DNA from: the human T2T-CHM13v2.0 reference genome, Homo sapiens | Reading direction: 5' to 3' (one strand) | NCBI RefSeq assembly: GCF_009914755.1 | Contig: NC_060947.1 | Length of the DNA: 64,000 bases | Shown: positions 1 through 18,619 of the stretch, piece by piece | Position numbering within the stretch: the stretch's first letter is position 1 | Layout of the letters: every line of letters begins with the position of its first letter | The notes under the pieces: model-generated | The model's database searches: none | Told to the model about the DNA's origin: nothing | The model's input: only the letters and a program-made list of their open reading frames with translations | Made by a program: the position numbers and the translations under genes

Positions 1-572
1 TACAGTTCTGTCAAAAACCCAGAGGAAGTTGTTGATATTTGAGAGTGCCAGTTTTACGGAATTCCTCCAAAATTTCAAAGCTTTATCCTCCTTTCATACC
101 AGCGCACCAGGAAGCTACAGACCTGGTCTCTATCACTCTGCTCCCAGTGGAACTGCCTTTACAAAACTATAGCTTAACATTATGCATTTGGATTTTCCTG
201 AGGGCCCACATAATAGATACCATATGTAAAATATCAGTACTTTTCTTAGGTAAAACTCTTGTTAGGTATATTATCCATTGTGTCATACAAGTTCCCTTAA
301 GCAAAGACTTAGGCAACAATTTTTTCTTAGAGTTCTGAAATTTAAAAAACAAGTTTTCTCTCTTTATAGGCTAGTCTACTTCCTTTTGTGAGCAGCTGAA
401 GGTCCTCTAGGCCATGATTTGTCCATCTTTGCCTTGTCTTGTAGGAACTTCAGGGTTAAATCCTTGCTTATCTTTAACAGTTTCTCTTCATCTGCATCAG
501 GAGTCATAATCTGGGGTGCAAATGATGCCTACTGATGAATTGTGTACAGCTGGCTTTGTGTTTAAAAAAACT

Positions 573-773
573 GCACTCATGTGTCACATAATATTTTGGT
601 TAACAATGGACCACATATAAGACAGTGGTTTTATAAGGTTATAATAGCATATTTTTACTGTACCTTTTCTATATTTGGATACATTTAGATACACAAATAT
701 TTACCATACTGTTACAGTCGCCTACAGTATTCAGTACAGTAAAATAGTATACAGGATTGTAGTCTATGAGCTA
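573..773 (-). mobile_element. Tigger3a/3b-like (TcMar-Tigger) DNA transposon, truncated
   Basis: GGACCACATATAAGACAGTGG...TTTTTACTGTACCTTTTCTAT...CCTACAGTATTCAGTACAGTAA matches the recalled Tigger3a reverse complement; it stops abruptly at the L1. Confidence 0.8.
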
Positions 774-2351
774 TGCTATTCCCATCAAACTACCATTGAC
801 GTTCTTCACATAATTAGAAAAAAACTGCTTTAAACTTCATATGGAGCCAAAAAGATCCCACACAGCTAAGACAGTCCTAAGCAAAAAAGACAAAGCAGGA
901 GGCATCACGCTACCTGACTTTAAATGATGCTACAAGGCTACAGTAATGAAAACAGCATGGTGCTGGTACCAAAACAGACATATAGACTCATGGAGCAGAA
1001 CAGAGACCTCAGAAATAAGACCACACATCTACAACCATCTGATCTTTGACAAACCTGACAAAAAAAAGCAATGAGGAAAGGATTCCCTATTTAATAAATG
1101 GTGCTGGAAAACTGGCTAGCCATCTGCAGAAAACTGAAACTGGACCCCCTTCCTTACATCTTATACAAAAATTAACTCAAGATGGATTAAAGGCTTAAAT
1201 GTAAAATCCAAAACCAGAAAAACCCTAGAAGAAAACCTAGGCAATACCATTCAATTCATAGGCATGGACAAAAATTTTATGATGAAATCACCAAAAGCAG
1301 TTGCAACAAAAGCTAAAATTAACAAATGGGATCTAATTAAAGAACTTCTGCACAGCAAAAGAAACTATCAGAACAAACAGGCAACCTACAGAATGGGAGA
1401 AAACTTTTACAATCTATCCATCTCACAAAGGCCTAATACCAGAATTTACAAGGAACTTAAACAAATTTACAAGAAAAGAAAACATCAAAAAGTGCGCAAA
1501 GGATATGGACAGACACTTCTCAAAAGAAGGCATTTATGCGGCCAACAAACATGAAAAAAAGCTCAACATCACTGATCATTAGAGGAATGCAAATCAAAAC
1601 CACAATGAGATACCATCTCATGCCAGTCAGAATGGCTATTATTAAAAAGTCAAAGAACAACAGATGCTGGCAAGACTGTAGAGAATTAGGGAACGCTTTT
1701 ACATTTTTTGGTGGGAATGTAAATTAGTTCAACCATTTTGGAAGATAGTGTGGTGATTCTTCAAGGATCTATAACCAGAAATATCATTTGACCCAGCAAT
1801 CTCATTACTGGATATAAACCCAGAGAAATATAAATCATTCTATTATAAAGACACATGCACATGTATCTTTATTGCAGCACTATTCATAATAGCAAAGACA
1901 TGGAACCAACCCAAATGCCCACCAATAATTGACTGAATAAAGAAAATGTGGTACATATACACTATGGACTACTATGCAGCCACAAAAAGGAACGAGATCA
2001 TACCTTTTGCAGGGACATGGATGAAACTGGAAGCCATGATCCTCAGCAAACTAACACAGGAACAGAAAACCAAACACTGCATGTGCTCACTCATAAGTGG
2101 GAGTCGAAAAATGAAAACACAAGGACACAGGGAGGGGAACAACACACACCAGGACCTGTGGGGGGTGGTGAGGGGAGGGAGAGAAGGACAAATAGCTAAT
2201 GCATGCAGGGCTTAAAACCTACGTGACAGGTTGATAGGTGCAGCAAACCACCATGGCTCACGTATACCTATGTAACAAACCCAACCTGCACATTCCGCAC
2301 GTGTATCCCAGAATTTATAGTAAAAGAAAACTTAAAAAAAAAAAAAAAAAA
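774..2351 (+). mobile_element. 5'-truncated L1PA8/L1PA10-like LINE-1 (ORF2 3' part, 3'UTR, poly-A)
   Basis: ORF2 peptides ([22 protein letters not shown]; MWYIYTMDYYAA), 3'UTR GCTAATGCATGCAGGGCTTAAAACCTA, A-tail ending at 2351. Confidence 0.95.
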
Positions 2352-2530
2352 GCAGAAGTCAAGGATGATTTGAAATGTTGGAATCGGAAAGAACTGGTCC
2401 CAAATCCAGCTGCTGTGTTTGAATCCAAGTGGCAAATTACAGTCACTGCAGCAGGGGCCCAAAAGCACCTAGAACTCTGAGAGGGGTAAGTCTTCCCCAT
2501 TTGGAACAGCTTTGGTCCCAAGAGGGTGGG

Positions 2531-5500
2531 GAATTAAACAAGAAATCAATAATACAAAGACATCAGGAAAACCTACAAATTTAGAAAAAAATGCAATTTA
2601 AAATATTCCATAAACCAAAGAAAAAGTCTCAGTAAAGTGTTAAAAATATATTTAACTGAATAAAAATGCAAATACAACATATAAAAATCTGTGGGATGCA
2701 GCCAAAGGTGCACATAAAGTATACAGCGCTGATTATTTTAGAAAATAAGAAAGATCTCAAATAAGCTTGCACTTCAAGATACGGATGTGACCAACAAACA
2801 TATGAAAAAAAGCTCAACATCATTGATTATTAGAGAAATGCAAATCAAAACCACAATGAGATACCATCTCACTCCAGTCAGCATGGAGATTATTAAAAAG
2901 TCAAGAAACAACAGATGCTGGCAAGGCTCTGGAGAAATAGGAACACTTTTACACTGTTGATGGGAATGTAAATTAGTTTGACCATTGTGGAAGACAGTGT
3001 GGTGATTCCTCAAAGATCTAGAACAAGAAATACCGTTTGACCACGCAATCCCATTACTGGGTATACACCCAAAGGAATATAAATCATTCTGTTATAAAGA
3101 TGCATACATGTGTATGTTCCTCACAGCACTATTCACAATAACAAAGACACGGAATCAACCCAAATGTCCATAAATGATAGACTTGATGAAGAAAATGTGG
3201 TACAGATACACCATGGAATACTATGCAGCCATAAAAAGCAATGAGATCATGCCCTTTGCAAGGACATAGATGGTGCTAGAAGCCATTATCCTCAGCAAAC
3301 CAACGCAGGAACAGAAAACCAAACACTGCATGTTCTCATTTACAAGTGGGAGCCGAGCAATAAGAACACATGGACACAGGAAAAGGAACAACACACACTG
3401 GGGCCTGTTGGGGTGGGGATGCAGTTGGGGGGCTGAGCATCAGGATAAATAGCTAATGCATGCAGGGCTTAATACTTAGGTGATGGGTTGATAGGTGCAG
3501 CAAACCACCGTGGCATACATTTACCTGTGTAACAATCCTGCACGCCCTGCACATGTATCCTGGAAATTAAAATAAAATAAAATTTTTAAAAGATATGAAA
3601 AAAGCAAAAGCAAGCGGAAGAAAGAGGATAGTAAAAATAAGAGCGTAAATCAATGAAATTTAAAACTAACAATAGAAAAAAACAATGAAATAAAAAATTT
3701 AACAAAAATCAATAAAATTGATATCACCCACAGTAAGACTTATTAAAAAAAAAGAGAGAAGACACAAATTAATATCAGAAATAAAATGGGGAATATCCCT
3801 AGAAACCCTACAAACAATAAAAGTAAGGGAATCATATGAACAACTCTATTTATATATATTTGGCAATTTATATTAAATGGACCAGTTCCTTGAAAACCAC
3901 AAGCTAACAAAACTTATTAAAAAGAAATGCATAAATCTATATAGTACTATAGTTAATAAAGAAATTGAATCTGTAGTTTAAAACTTTCAAAAAAGAAATG
4001 AAAAATTTATTAGCGAATTCTATTAAGCACTCATACAAGATATAACACCCATTTTACATAATCTCTTCCCAAAATTAGAAGAGGAGGAAACACTTCCTGA
4101 TTCATTTTATGAGCCATTATGTCTGCGATACCAAAGTCAGACAAACTAATTATAAGAAAAGTACAGACCAATACTCCTCATGAATGCAAAGTTCTTCAAC
4201 AAAATATTAGCAAATAAAATTCAGCAATATGTAAAAAGAATTATATGTAAAAGGAATAATAATAAAGAAATTATAACATTGGTTCTATATTCAATCAATG
4301 AATGTAATCCATCATATTAACAGTATAAAGAAGAAAACGTAATCCTAACAACAGACGCAGAAGAAGCATTTGACATAATGTAATATACATTTACAAGAAA
4401 CACTTCCTCAACTGATAAGGGCATCTATCAAAAAGCCTACAGCTAGCATAATGTTTAATGGTGAAAGACTAAACGCTTTTCCCTTAAGATTTAAAACAAG
4501 GCTAGAATGTCTACTTTCACCACTCCTATTCAATATCTTACTGAAAGTCTTAGTGCAATAAAGAAGGAAAAAGAACTAAGAACCATACAGATTGGGAAGG
4601 AAGAAATAATATCATCCCTATTTTATTTGGCATGATTGCTTATGTAGAGCATCCTAAGGTATCTACAGAAATCTCCTAGAACTAATAAGTGAGTTAATCA
4701 AAGTCACAGGATAGAATATCAACACACAAAAATCCAACATATTTCTAAATACTAGCAATGAAGATTTGGAGACCACAATTTTTTTAAATGCCATTTACAA
4801 TAGCTAAAAAATATGTAGGTATAAATGTAGCAAAACATGTATAGAATGCGTATGCTTAAAATTACAAAACATTGACGGAAAACAAGACAACCGAAAGAAA
4901 TGGAGAGACAAACTATGTTTACAGATTGGAAGACTCAACATATTAACAATATTTCCCAAAATTTTTCTATATATTTAATAAAATTCTAACTAAAATCCCA
5001 GCAGGATTTTTAATAGATACAGACAAGGTAACTCTAAAATTTATGTGGAAAAGAAAAGGAACCCAAATAGTGAAAACAATTTAAAAGAATAATGTTGAAA
5101 GACACACTATGCAGTTTTACAACCTATTATCTGCATATAGCTACAGTAATAAATACAGTGTGATATTGGTAGACATACAGATCGATGGAACAGAATTATG
5201 TCCAGAAAATGATCCACACAAATAAGTTCAATTGATTTTTGACAGAGGAAAGATAGTCTTTTCAAAAAATGGTTTTACAAAATTTGAACATGTATAGGAA
5301 AAACAAACATCTTATTTTACCTAACTTCACACCTTATAAAAATTAAATGGATCATCAATCTAAATGTAAAACATGATATTGTGAAAGATTTACAAGAAAA
5401 CACAGGAGAAAAATTCTGTAAGCTTAAGTTATGCAATGATTTCTTAGACATGACCAATGGACTGATGCATAGAAGAAAAATTGATAAATTGGACTTCAGC

Positions 5501-6280
5501 AAAATGAAAAATTTTGCTGTGCGATACACTGTAAGAAAATGCAAATACAATCTAAAGACTTGTGAAAATATGTTTCAAATTATATATCTGATAAAGGACT
5601 TGTACTGAACATGTAAAGAGACTCAACAATAGTTCAACAATAAGAAAACAATGCAATTAGAAAATGGGTTAGAGACCTGAAGAGAAACTTTACCAAAGAG
5701 GATATATGAAAGATGAATGTGCATATGAAAACATGTTCAGCGTCGCTAGCTATCAGGGAAATGCAAATTAAAACCACAATGATATATCACTACAAACCTA
5801 TGAGAAAGGCTAAAATAAAAAATACTGACAAAGTGTCAGTGAGCAACTGGAATTCATATACATTGTTGGTGGGAATTCAAAATGGTACAGCCACTCTGGA
5901 AAACAGGTTGTTTTGTTATAAAGTTAAACATGCACTAAGCATATAACCCAGCTATAGCTCTCTTGAACATTTTCCCCAGAGATATTAAAACTTATATCCA
6001 CACAAAAACATATGTATCTATGCTCAGAGCAGCTTATTTACAATAGCCCCATATTGGAAACAACTCAAATGTCCCTCAATAGGAGAATAGATCAACAAAC
6101 TATGATACACGTGTACAATGGAATAGTACTCAGCAATAAAAAATAAATTGTCATAGGTATCAACTTGGATGAATCTAAAAGGCATTATGCTGAGTCAAAA
6201 GGCTAGTCTCAAGTTGTATTCTATATTATCCACTTATATAACAGTCTCCAAAAGGTAAAACTGTAGTGGTGAAGAACAAT
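2531..6280 (+). mobile_element. Old L1M (L1MD/L1ME-like) ORF2 and 3'UTR, interrupted by an L1PA at 2785-3589
   Basis: Degenerate ORF2 motifs (AATCTGTGGGATGCAGCCAAAG; GCAGAAGAAGCATTTGACA; [17 protein letters not shown]) are collinear across the insertion; old-type 3'UTR at about 6100-6280. Confidence 0.85.
2785..3589 (+). mobile_element. 5'-truncated L1PA10/11-like LINE-1 nested in the older L1M
   Basis: ORF2 end plus 3'UTR plus A-rich tail; TSD AAGATACGGA (2776-2785) / AAGATATGAA (3590-3599). Confidence 0.92.
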
Positions 6281-6374
6281 ATATGTGTGTAAAATTCTAG
6301 ACTCCTATTCTGTTACATTGAACTATGTGTCTGTACTTAGTGTTGGATTATGAGCGTCTCAAAGGAAACAGCCA

Positions 6375-6448
6375 TATCACATTCACCTTTGAACTCCCAA
6401 TACCTTGCACATAGTAGACTCTCTCTAAAGGTTGCTGATGAAAGAATG
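6375..6448 (+). mobile_element. L2 3'-end fragment
   Basis: TACCTTGCACATAGTAGACTCTC...GTTGCTGATGAAAGAATG resembles the L2 tail. Confidence 0.5.
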
Positions 6449-7617
6449 CTGACTTTGAAATTTCACATATGGAAATACAGGTGGGCAAATTCAGAAATAG
6501 AACCCAAGTCATGGCCTTTCACATCTGTACACCTCCATCTACCAATACTGAGAAATAGCAACTACTCCAGCATATCTTCTTTAAGAATAATCACTCTCAG
6601 CTCTCCCTCATTATAACTGCTGTGCACAACAGCCAAGCTAAAGGATAGGCCATCACAGAAGTAGCCTTGCTCTAAGTAATTCCAAATCTTGATGAGCTAA
6701 GTTTTTGCTCAGATGATGAGGGGGACTTTCATTTGTTCATCAGTCTCCTTGGCTGGGAAATTTATGGTAATTGACACGGTACCCTCAATTATACTGCAAA
6801 TATTTTTTTAAAGAACTGCCAGTGAAATTTTTCAGATGGGTCTTTCATTATCTCAGATTCTGACAATTTCAGGCCAAATCCTTAGCATAATTTTATAGAA
6901 GTCACAGAGTGTCAATTTTGTGAGTCTCGGCAAGTCATGTGTTATTTTTTTTATTGGCTTAGAAGTTGGTACGTTTTATGCTTTTGTAGTTTCGAGGCCA
7001 GAATACAGCAGCTGTCCATTTGCTCATGTTTATAAGGTTGGTAGCTGATGGTTACACCCATATATGCCATCAACATTTGTGGAGACTGTGGCAATCAGAT
7101 ATGGCCACATTATTCCATGTTGGCCAAACTTCATTCAACCATCCAAACCAATTATATGCCTAATAAATTAAAATAGGCCCTGATTCTAGTCTTGTTTGTT
7201 ATAAACACATTCAAATAATCTTAAGGCAAATCACACAAAATAAATGAATTCAGCAAAAACAAATCCTTTTGCAAATTAACATTACACATTTATCATTTAC
7301 CCATGCAGATAGCTAATCCTGCAAACCACTGTCTCCATGGAAGCACCTATCAAAGCTCGTACTCTCTGCTGCATATATTTCACATGGAAATCCCACACTT
7401 TCACATTCAGTCTATGATCAGAGGCTCATGTGTCTGAAGCTTCATAGTGTCTCTCAGTCCATGCATCCAAGCTGGCTGGGTCACTGCTCTGGGACAGTAT
7501 CCTGCATGCCAAATGATAAAATTAGTGAATTTAAATAAATAGAAACTACAGAAATTCTCAGGTTGTTTGTCAACTTTGTGTAGGTCACCTGCTGTTGCTT
7601 TGCAGGTATCTTTAGTT

Positions 7618-7796
7618 TGGTAGTTCTCAGTGTGAGCTGCACATTAGAATTACTTGAGGAGCTTTTTAAACACATCAATGGCCAGAATTTACACCAGAAC
7701 AGTTAACTTTGAATCTCTGGAAGTGAGACTGGGCACTGATATAGTAAAAACTTTCCAGGTGTTTCCAATGTGCTGCTATAGTTGAGAAGTGCTTCT
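7618..7796. mobile_element. MER5 (hAT-Charlie) MITE
   Basis: GTTCTCAG...GCACATTAGAATTACTTGAGGAGCTTTTTAAA...GAATCTCTGG...GTTGAGAA, with inverted termini. Confidence 0.8.
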
Positions 7797-8289
7797 CTGG
7801 ATGAACCACAGTTACAGACACTCCCATACAGTCATTGTGGACCTTGCTGCAACTCAAATTTCATTTTTAATATTCATATGCCAGAACGATTTGGTAAAAA
7901 ATGAATTTTCACCTGGGAGTAGTTTGTCCTTCCAAAGGAATCTCTATTGGTAGAATTCTTGAGGGAGGAAGAAAAATTTGCAGTCAAATGTCGGCCCCCA
8001 GGCTCTCTTCATAGTCAGTCCCCCAAGTTGTACATCTTCTTAGGGATAGTTTTACTTCCTTCACTACAGATGTTTGGGTAGCTCTGAGCTGTGACATAAG
8101 TTCACTATGCCTACTGATAAGAGTGGCAAGGGGATGAAAGTCTTCCTCCAAGCTGTATTCTCAAAATGGTGTCCTTAGGGAGCCTTACAGAACAAGTCCT
8201 GTACCACACCAGGGCTGAAAAGTCAGCTGATATTTTGTCCCAGTCTCTTTAAATGACCTTAATTTACTAAGACAAACGTACCTTAGAAG

Positions 8290-9724
8290 CATGTAAAATA
8301 TCTATAATAATATAGATAATATATAATATTATAGATAATAAAATATCTATAATAAAATATAAAGATATATTCCATGTTCACAAGTGGGAATAATTAATAT
8401 TGTTCAAATGTCCATACTGTCAAAAATAATCTACAGATTCAATGCAATCTCTATCAAAATTCTAGTTACATTTTTCACAGAAATAAAAAACGTCCTAAAA
8501 CTCATATGGTAGCCCAAAAGATCCCAAATAACCAAAGCAATCTTGAGAAGAAAGAACAAAGCCATCGGACTGCCTGATTTCAAAATCTACTACCAAGCTA
8601 TAACAACCAAAACAGCGTGCTACTGGTATAAGAATAGAAACATAGACCAAGGGAACAGACTAGAGAACCCAGAAATAAATCAACCCATTTACGGTCAATT
8701 GATTTTCAATGAGGATGCCAAGAACACACAATAGAGAAAGGACAGCCTCTTCAATAAATAGTGCTGGAAAAACTGGATATTCACATGCTGAAGAATAAAA
8801 TTAGACTCTCATCCTATCCCATATACAAAATTAAACTCAAAATGTATTAAAGACTTAAACACAAGATATGAAACTGTAAAACTACTAGAAGAAAACATAG
8901 GGAAAAGCTTCATGACATTGTTCTGGGCAACGATATTATGGCTAAGGACAGAAAAGCACAGACAACCAAAGCGAAAACTGGCAAATGAGTTTACATCAAG
9001 TTAAAATAAAAAGCTTCTGCACAGCAAAGGAAATAATCAACAGACTGAAGAGACAACCTACAGAATGGGAGAAAATATTTGCAAACCATGCATCTGATAC
9101 AGAGTTAATATCCAAAATATATAAGGAACTCAAACAACTCAATAGTAAGAAAGTAAGTAGCCAGATTAAAAAAATGGGCAAAGAACCCAAATAGACATTT
9201 CTCAAAAGAATACATACAAATGGCCAGCAGACATATGAAAAAATGCTCAACATTATTAATCATGAGGGAAATACTAATTTAACAACAAGGAGATATCACC
9301 ACATACCTGTTAAAATGACTACTATCAAAAGACAAAAGATGAGAATTGTTGGTGAGGATGTGGAGAAAAGGGAATCCTGGGACACTGTTGGTGGGAATGT
9401 AAAGACATTATGTAGTATAGTACAGAGCTTCATCAGAAAACCAAAACTAGAACTACCATGATCCATCAATCCTTCTTCTGAGTATATACCCAAAGGAAAT
9501 TAAATCAGTATGTTGAAGAGATAGCTTGTATTCTCACGTTCATTGTAGCATTATTCACAATAGTCAAGATATGGAGTCAACCTAAGTATCCATCAATGAA
9601 TGAATGAATGAATGAATGAATGAATACAGAAAATGCAATACACTGCATAAATATAAAATAGAATACTATTATCCCTTTTAAAAGAAGAAAATCCTGTCAT
9701 TTGGGACAACATGAATAAGCCTGG
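8290..9724 (+). mobile_element. L1MA-type LINE-1 fragment (ORF2 3' part and partial 3'UTR)
   Basis: Peptides [23 protein letters not shown] and [14 protein letters not shown]; ends at AAATCCTGTCATTTGGGACAACATG with no tail. Confidence 0.9.
9595..9625. repeat. (AATG)n microsatellite inside the L1 3'UTR
   Basis: Direct reading. Confidence 0.95.
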
Positions 9725-9885
9725 TAATAAATTTATAATAATAGCTAACGTATTATTGAATATGACTATTAATTTATTTAATATTTATAACTCCTTATTT
9801 CCCCCATTTTGTGGGTTGTCTTTTCACTTTCTTATTTTTTTAAGATTGGAGAGTTGCCTTTTATTTTTAAAGATCGGTGATTCAC

Positions 9886-15115
<5,230 letters not shown>

Positions 15116-15420
15116 GAGCTTTGCCCTTCACTTTCTTGATACTATACTTTGAATTGTAAAAGTTTTGCTTTTGATGAAGCCCAATTTATCTATTTTTTAT
15201 TTGGATGCTTGTGCTTTTGGTGTCATAGCTAAGAAATCATTGCCTAGTGCAAGGTCACAAACACTTATCCTTATATTTTCTTCTAAAAATTCTGTAGATT
15301 TAGCTCTTACATTTAGATGTTTGATGAATTTTGAGTTAATATTTGCATATGGTATGAAGTAAAGGTACACATTCGTTTGCCTGAGATATTTAGTTGTCCT
15401 AGAGCCATTTGTTGAAGTCA

Positions 15421-15783
15421 GAATCCCCCAAAACTTAAAGCTAATAGTCTACTGTTGACCAGAAGCCTTACAGATAACAAATATTAACAGTAAATTAACA
15501 CATATTTTGTATATTATATGTATCATATACTTTATTCTTTGAAAGTAAGCTAGAGAAAAGAAAGCATTATTAAGAAAATTTATAAGAAGGAGAAAAACAT
15601 TTACTAGTCTTTAAGTGGAAGTGGATTAACATAAAGGTCTTCATCCTAGCCAACTTCCTGTTGAGTAGGCTGAGGAGGAGGAAGAGGGGGTTGATCTTGC
15701 TGTCTCAGGGGTGGCATAAATGGAAGAAAATCTGTGTATAAGTGGAACCTTGAAGTTCAAATCCATGTTGTTCAACAGTCACA
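15421..15783 (-). mobile_element. Tigger2a (MER28)-like DNA transposon
   Basis: CTACTGTTGACCAGAAGCCTTACAGATAACA...TTAAGTGGAAGTGGAT...GAGTAGGCTGAGGAGGAGGAAGAGG...GTTCAAATCCATGTTGTTCAA. Confidence 0.85.
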
Positions 15784-15789
15784 TTTATA

Positions 15790-16319
15790 TGCTTCTAGCT
15801 GCCATGCTCTCTCTCTCTCTGCCTGACTGTTCATCCTGTCTCCTGTGATGTGGGAATGAAGCATTGCCCTCCTGACTCGTTGTACTCTCCCTGTCCAGAA
15901 GCTGTAAGAAAAAAAAAAAAAATCTTTGAACTTACTTCCTTTTGTGGTGGTATATTGAATTTGTGCCTTCCATCTGATGAATCAGGGGCTGCCCCAGGTC
16001 AAATTTTCCCCAGAATGCCAGAGAGAACAAAAGGTCAGTCTCCCAGCTCCAGAGTGATGGTCATGCAGGCATAAACTGGACACGAGTCAGACAAGAGCCG
16101 CAAGGGCATCTGCCAGTATAAACAAGTTTCTCATGTGAGGGACCCCTTGGTTGCATGTTGAACAAGTAGGCATTAAGTCATTCACTAGGTAAAAAAAAAT
16201 TATCTTATGAAAGGCACAATATAAACTCTAAAGCCCAGCTTCTCTTCATTTTCCATTAGGGCAGGGTTACTAGTTGCTCTGGTACTGGAACCCTAATTTA
16301 GCTGGAGGCTCTCAAAACA
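15790..16319 (+). mobile_element. ERVL-type LTR fragment (MER54-like, tentative)
   Basis: Non-L1 segment ending GGTACTGGAACCCTAATTTAGCTGGAGGCTCTCAAAACA (CA terminus); the host L1 resumes directly after it. Confidence 0.55.
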
Positions 16320-18619
16320 CAGTATCACATTGTCTTGGTTTCTGGAAATTTGTAGTAAGTTTTGAAATCAGAATGTGTGAGTCCTTCAAATTTGTTTTTC
16401 TTTCTCAAGATTGTTTTGGGATTAAAGTTCCCTTACATTTCTATAAAAATTTTAGAATGAGCTTGTCCATTTCTGCAAAAGATGGCAGCTTGATAGGAAT
16501 TGCATCAAACTAGTAAATTGATATGGGGAGTATTGTCATCTAATGCATATTAAGCATTCCAATCCATTAACACAGGCTGTCTTTCTATTTCTTTAGGTCT
16601 TATTTTTATTGTCAATTTCACTAGGCTATCTAATTGTGAACATACATTGCCAACATCTTCCTGATGGATTTACCCTTTATCATTATAAAATGTTCCTTTA
16701 TCTTTAGTAATAATTTATTTTTGTTAAAGTCTGTTGTCTCTGATATTATTATAGCCATTCCAACTCTCTCTTTTTATCATTTTCATGGTATATCTCCTTT
16801 CATCCTTTTATTTTTCATCGAGTTTGTATTTTTGAATTTAACATGAGTCTTCTGTAGACATGATACAGTTGGATCACATTTTTATCCATTATGTCAATCT
16901 CTTAATTGTAGAGCTTAATTCATTTACATGTAACATAACTACAGATAGAGAAGAACACAATTGTGCCATTTTGCTACATCTTTTATATATGCCATACCAT
17001 TTGTTCTTAGTTTCCTCTATTACTAGAGGAAATTTGTGGTAAATAGATATTCTTTAGTGTACCATTTTAATTCCCTTGACACATTGTTTACTATATATTT
17101 TTCAGTTATTTTCTTGGTGTTTGCCCTGGGGGTTAAAAATAACACCTTAATTTAGAATAATCTTATTCAGATTAATACTCATTTAACTTCAATAGTATGC
17201 AAAAGCTTTGTACCTGCAGTTTCAAACTCCTACTTCCTGCTGTTATTGTGACAAGTTACTCTTTATACACTGAGTTCTCATAAACATAAATTTACAATTA
17301 TTGCTGTGTGCAGTTGTCTTTTCAAATAACTAGAAAAAGAGGATTTACAAATTAAAAATTCATTTATACTGTCTTTTATATTTACCTATGTAGTTACCTC
17401 TACTGGTGTTCTTTTTTCCCACTTGTATTTGACTTACTGCTCTCTAGTCTCCTTTTATGTAAGCTTTAATGATTCCCCTTAGCATTTCTTACAGGGCAGA
17501 TCTGTTAGCAATGAACTCTTCCCAGAATCTTTTTTTTTCTATGTTGAGATGTCTTAATTTCTCCTTCATTTTTGAAGGATAGTTTTCCCAGATGTAGAAT
17601 TCCTGGGTGCAAGCATTTTTTTTTAATTTCAGCACCTTGACTATGCCATGTTACCATCTTCTGGCTGATGTGATCTCCAGTGAGAAATTAGCTGCTAATT
17701 TTATTGAGTATCCCTTGTAAGTGGTGATGAGTTATTTCTCTTGCTGCTTTCAAGATTCTATCTTTGCCTTTGAACAGTTTGGTTATGATATGTCTAGGTG
17801 TGGATCTCTTTGAGTTTATCCTTCTTATAGTTCATTGAACTTATCGGATTACAGATTAATAGTTTTGTATAAAATTTGGTAATTTTTCAGCCATTATTTT
17901 CTCCCATACTTCTTTTGCCACTTTGTCTCTCTCATTCTGGAACTTCCATTATACCTATGTTAGTACACTTGATGGTGTCTCACAGGTCTCAGATGGCCTT
18001 GCTCTTTTTCCTTCACTCATTTTTCTATTTCTAAAACAGGATAATTTCACTTGTTGAAACTTTACAAAGCACTTGTGGACATGCATTCCCCAGCCTTTCT
18101 TCCAAGGCTTTTTGGTTAATCTATTGTTTGCCCTGATTATTATGCATTGCCTCAAGCAGCAAAGACTAAAACTTTTGCCTATAAGTATTTTTGACAAATG
18201 CCCCCAGGGTAGCAACATGAGCAGTGGGGGAGTTCTGAGTCAGATGAAATAAAGAGAGGGCTTCTGGTTGGATCTTCCAGGGAACCACTAGATAAAATAA
18301 TGACAATTCTTTGCAAATGAAATCTCTACTCCCTCCAGAACCAGTGATATGGGCTGTTATATTTAAGGATAACTCTGAGCTGGTTAGTGAGGAATAGTAC
18401 TAGGGTAAATGAAAATACCATAAAGCTTGCTGTTCTTATTGAGATTCAGCAGTGCATTTTTTGAATAAGTGCCCCCATGGGTTGCTGCAAGACTTGGTTA
18501 ACTTTCAGAGTTACAAAAAAGTTGACTCTGATAATTTTTGCCAGTTTTTTAAATTGACTTTTTTTGGGGGGCAGATTTTTGGAGTTCCTTATTCCAGCAT
18601 TTCACTGAGTTCACCTTTT

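Larger units (their letters stand above)
15121..18610 (-). mobile_element. Old L1M (L1M4/MD/ME-like) fragments covering ORF2, ORF1 and the 5' region; host of the L1MA, Tigger2a and an LTR (left piece at about 9798-9833)
   Basis: TTGTGCTTTTGGTGTCATAGCTAAGAAATCATTGCC; GTAAGTTTTGAAATCAG; TTCTCTTGCTGCTTTCAAGATT; old 5' motif TTTCAGAGTTACAAAAAAGTTGACTCTGATAATTTTTGCCAG. Confidence 0.75.

Noticed and set aside
1264-2215. ORFs with clear protein similarity (also 8543-9461, 32459-32752, 33696-34298)
   Set aside because: They are frameshifted L1 ORF2 remnants, not host genes or active elements.
2352-2491. Possible exon ending in GG|GTAAGT
   Set aside because: No polypyrimidine tract; it is preceded by the L1 poly-A.
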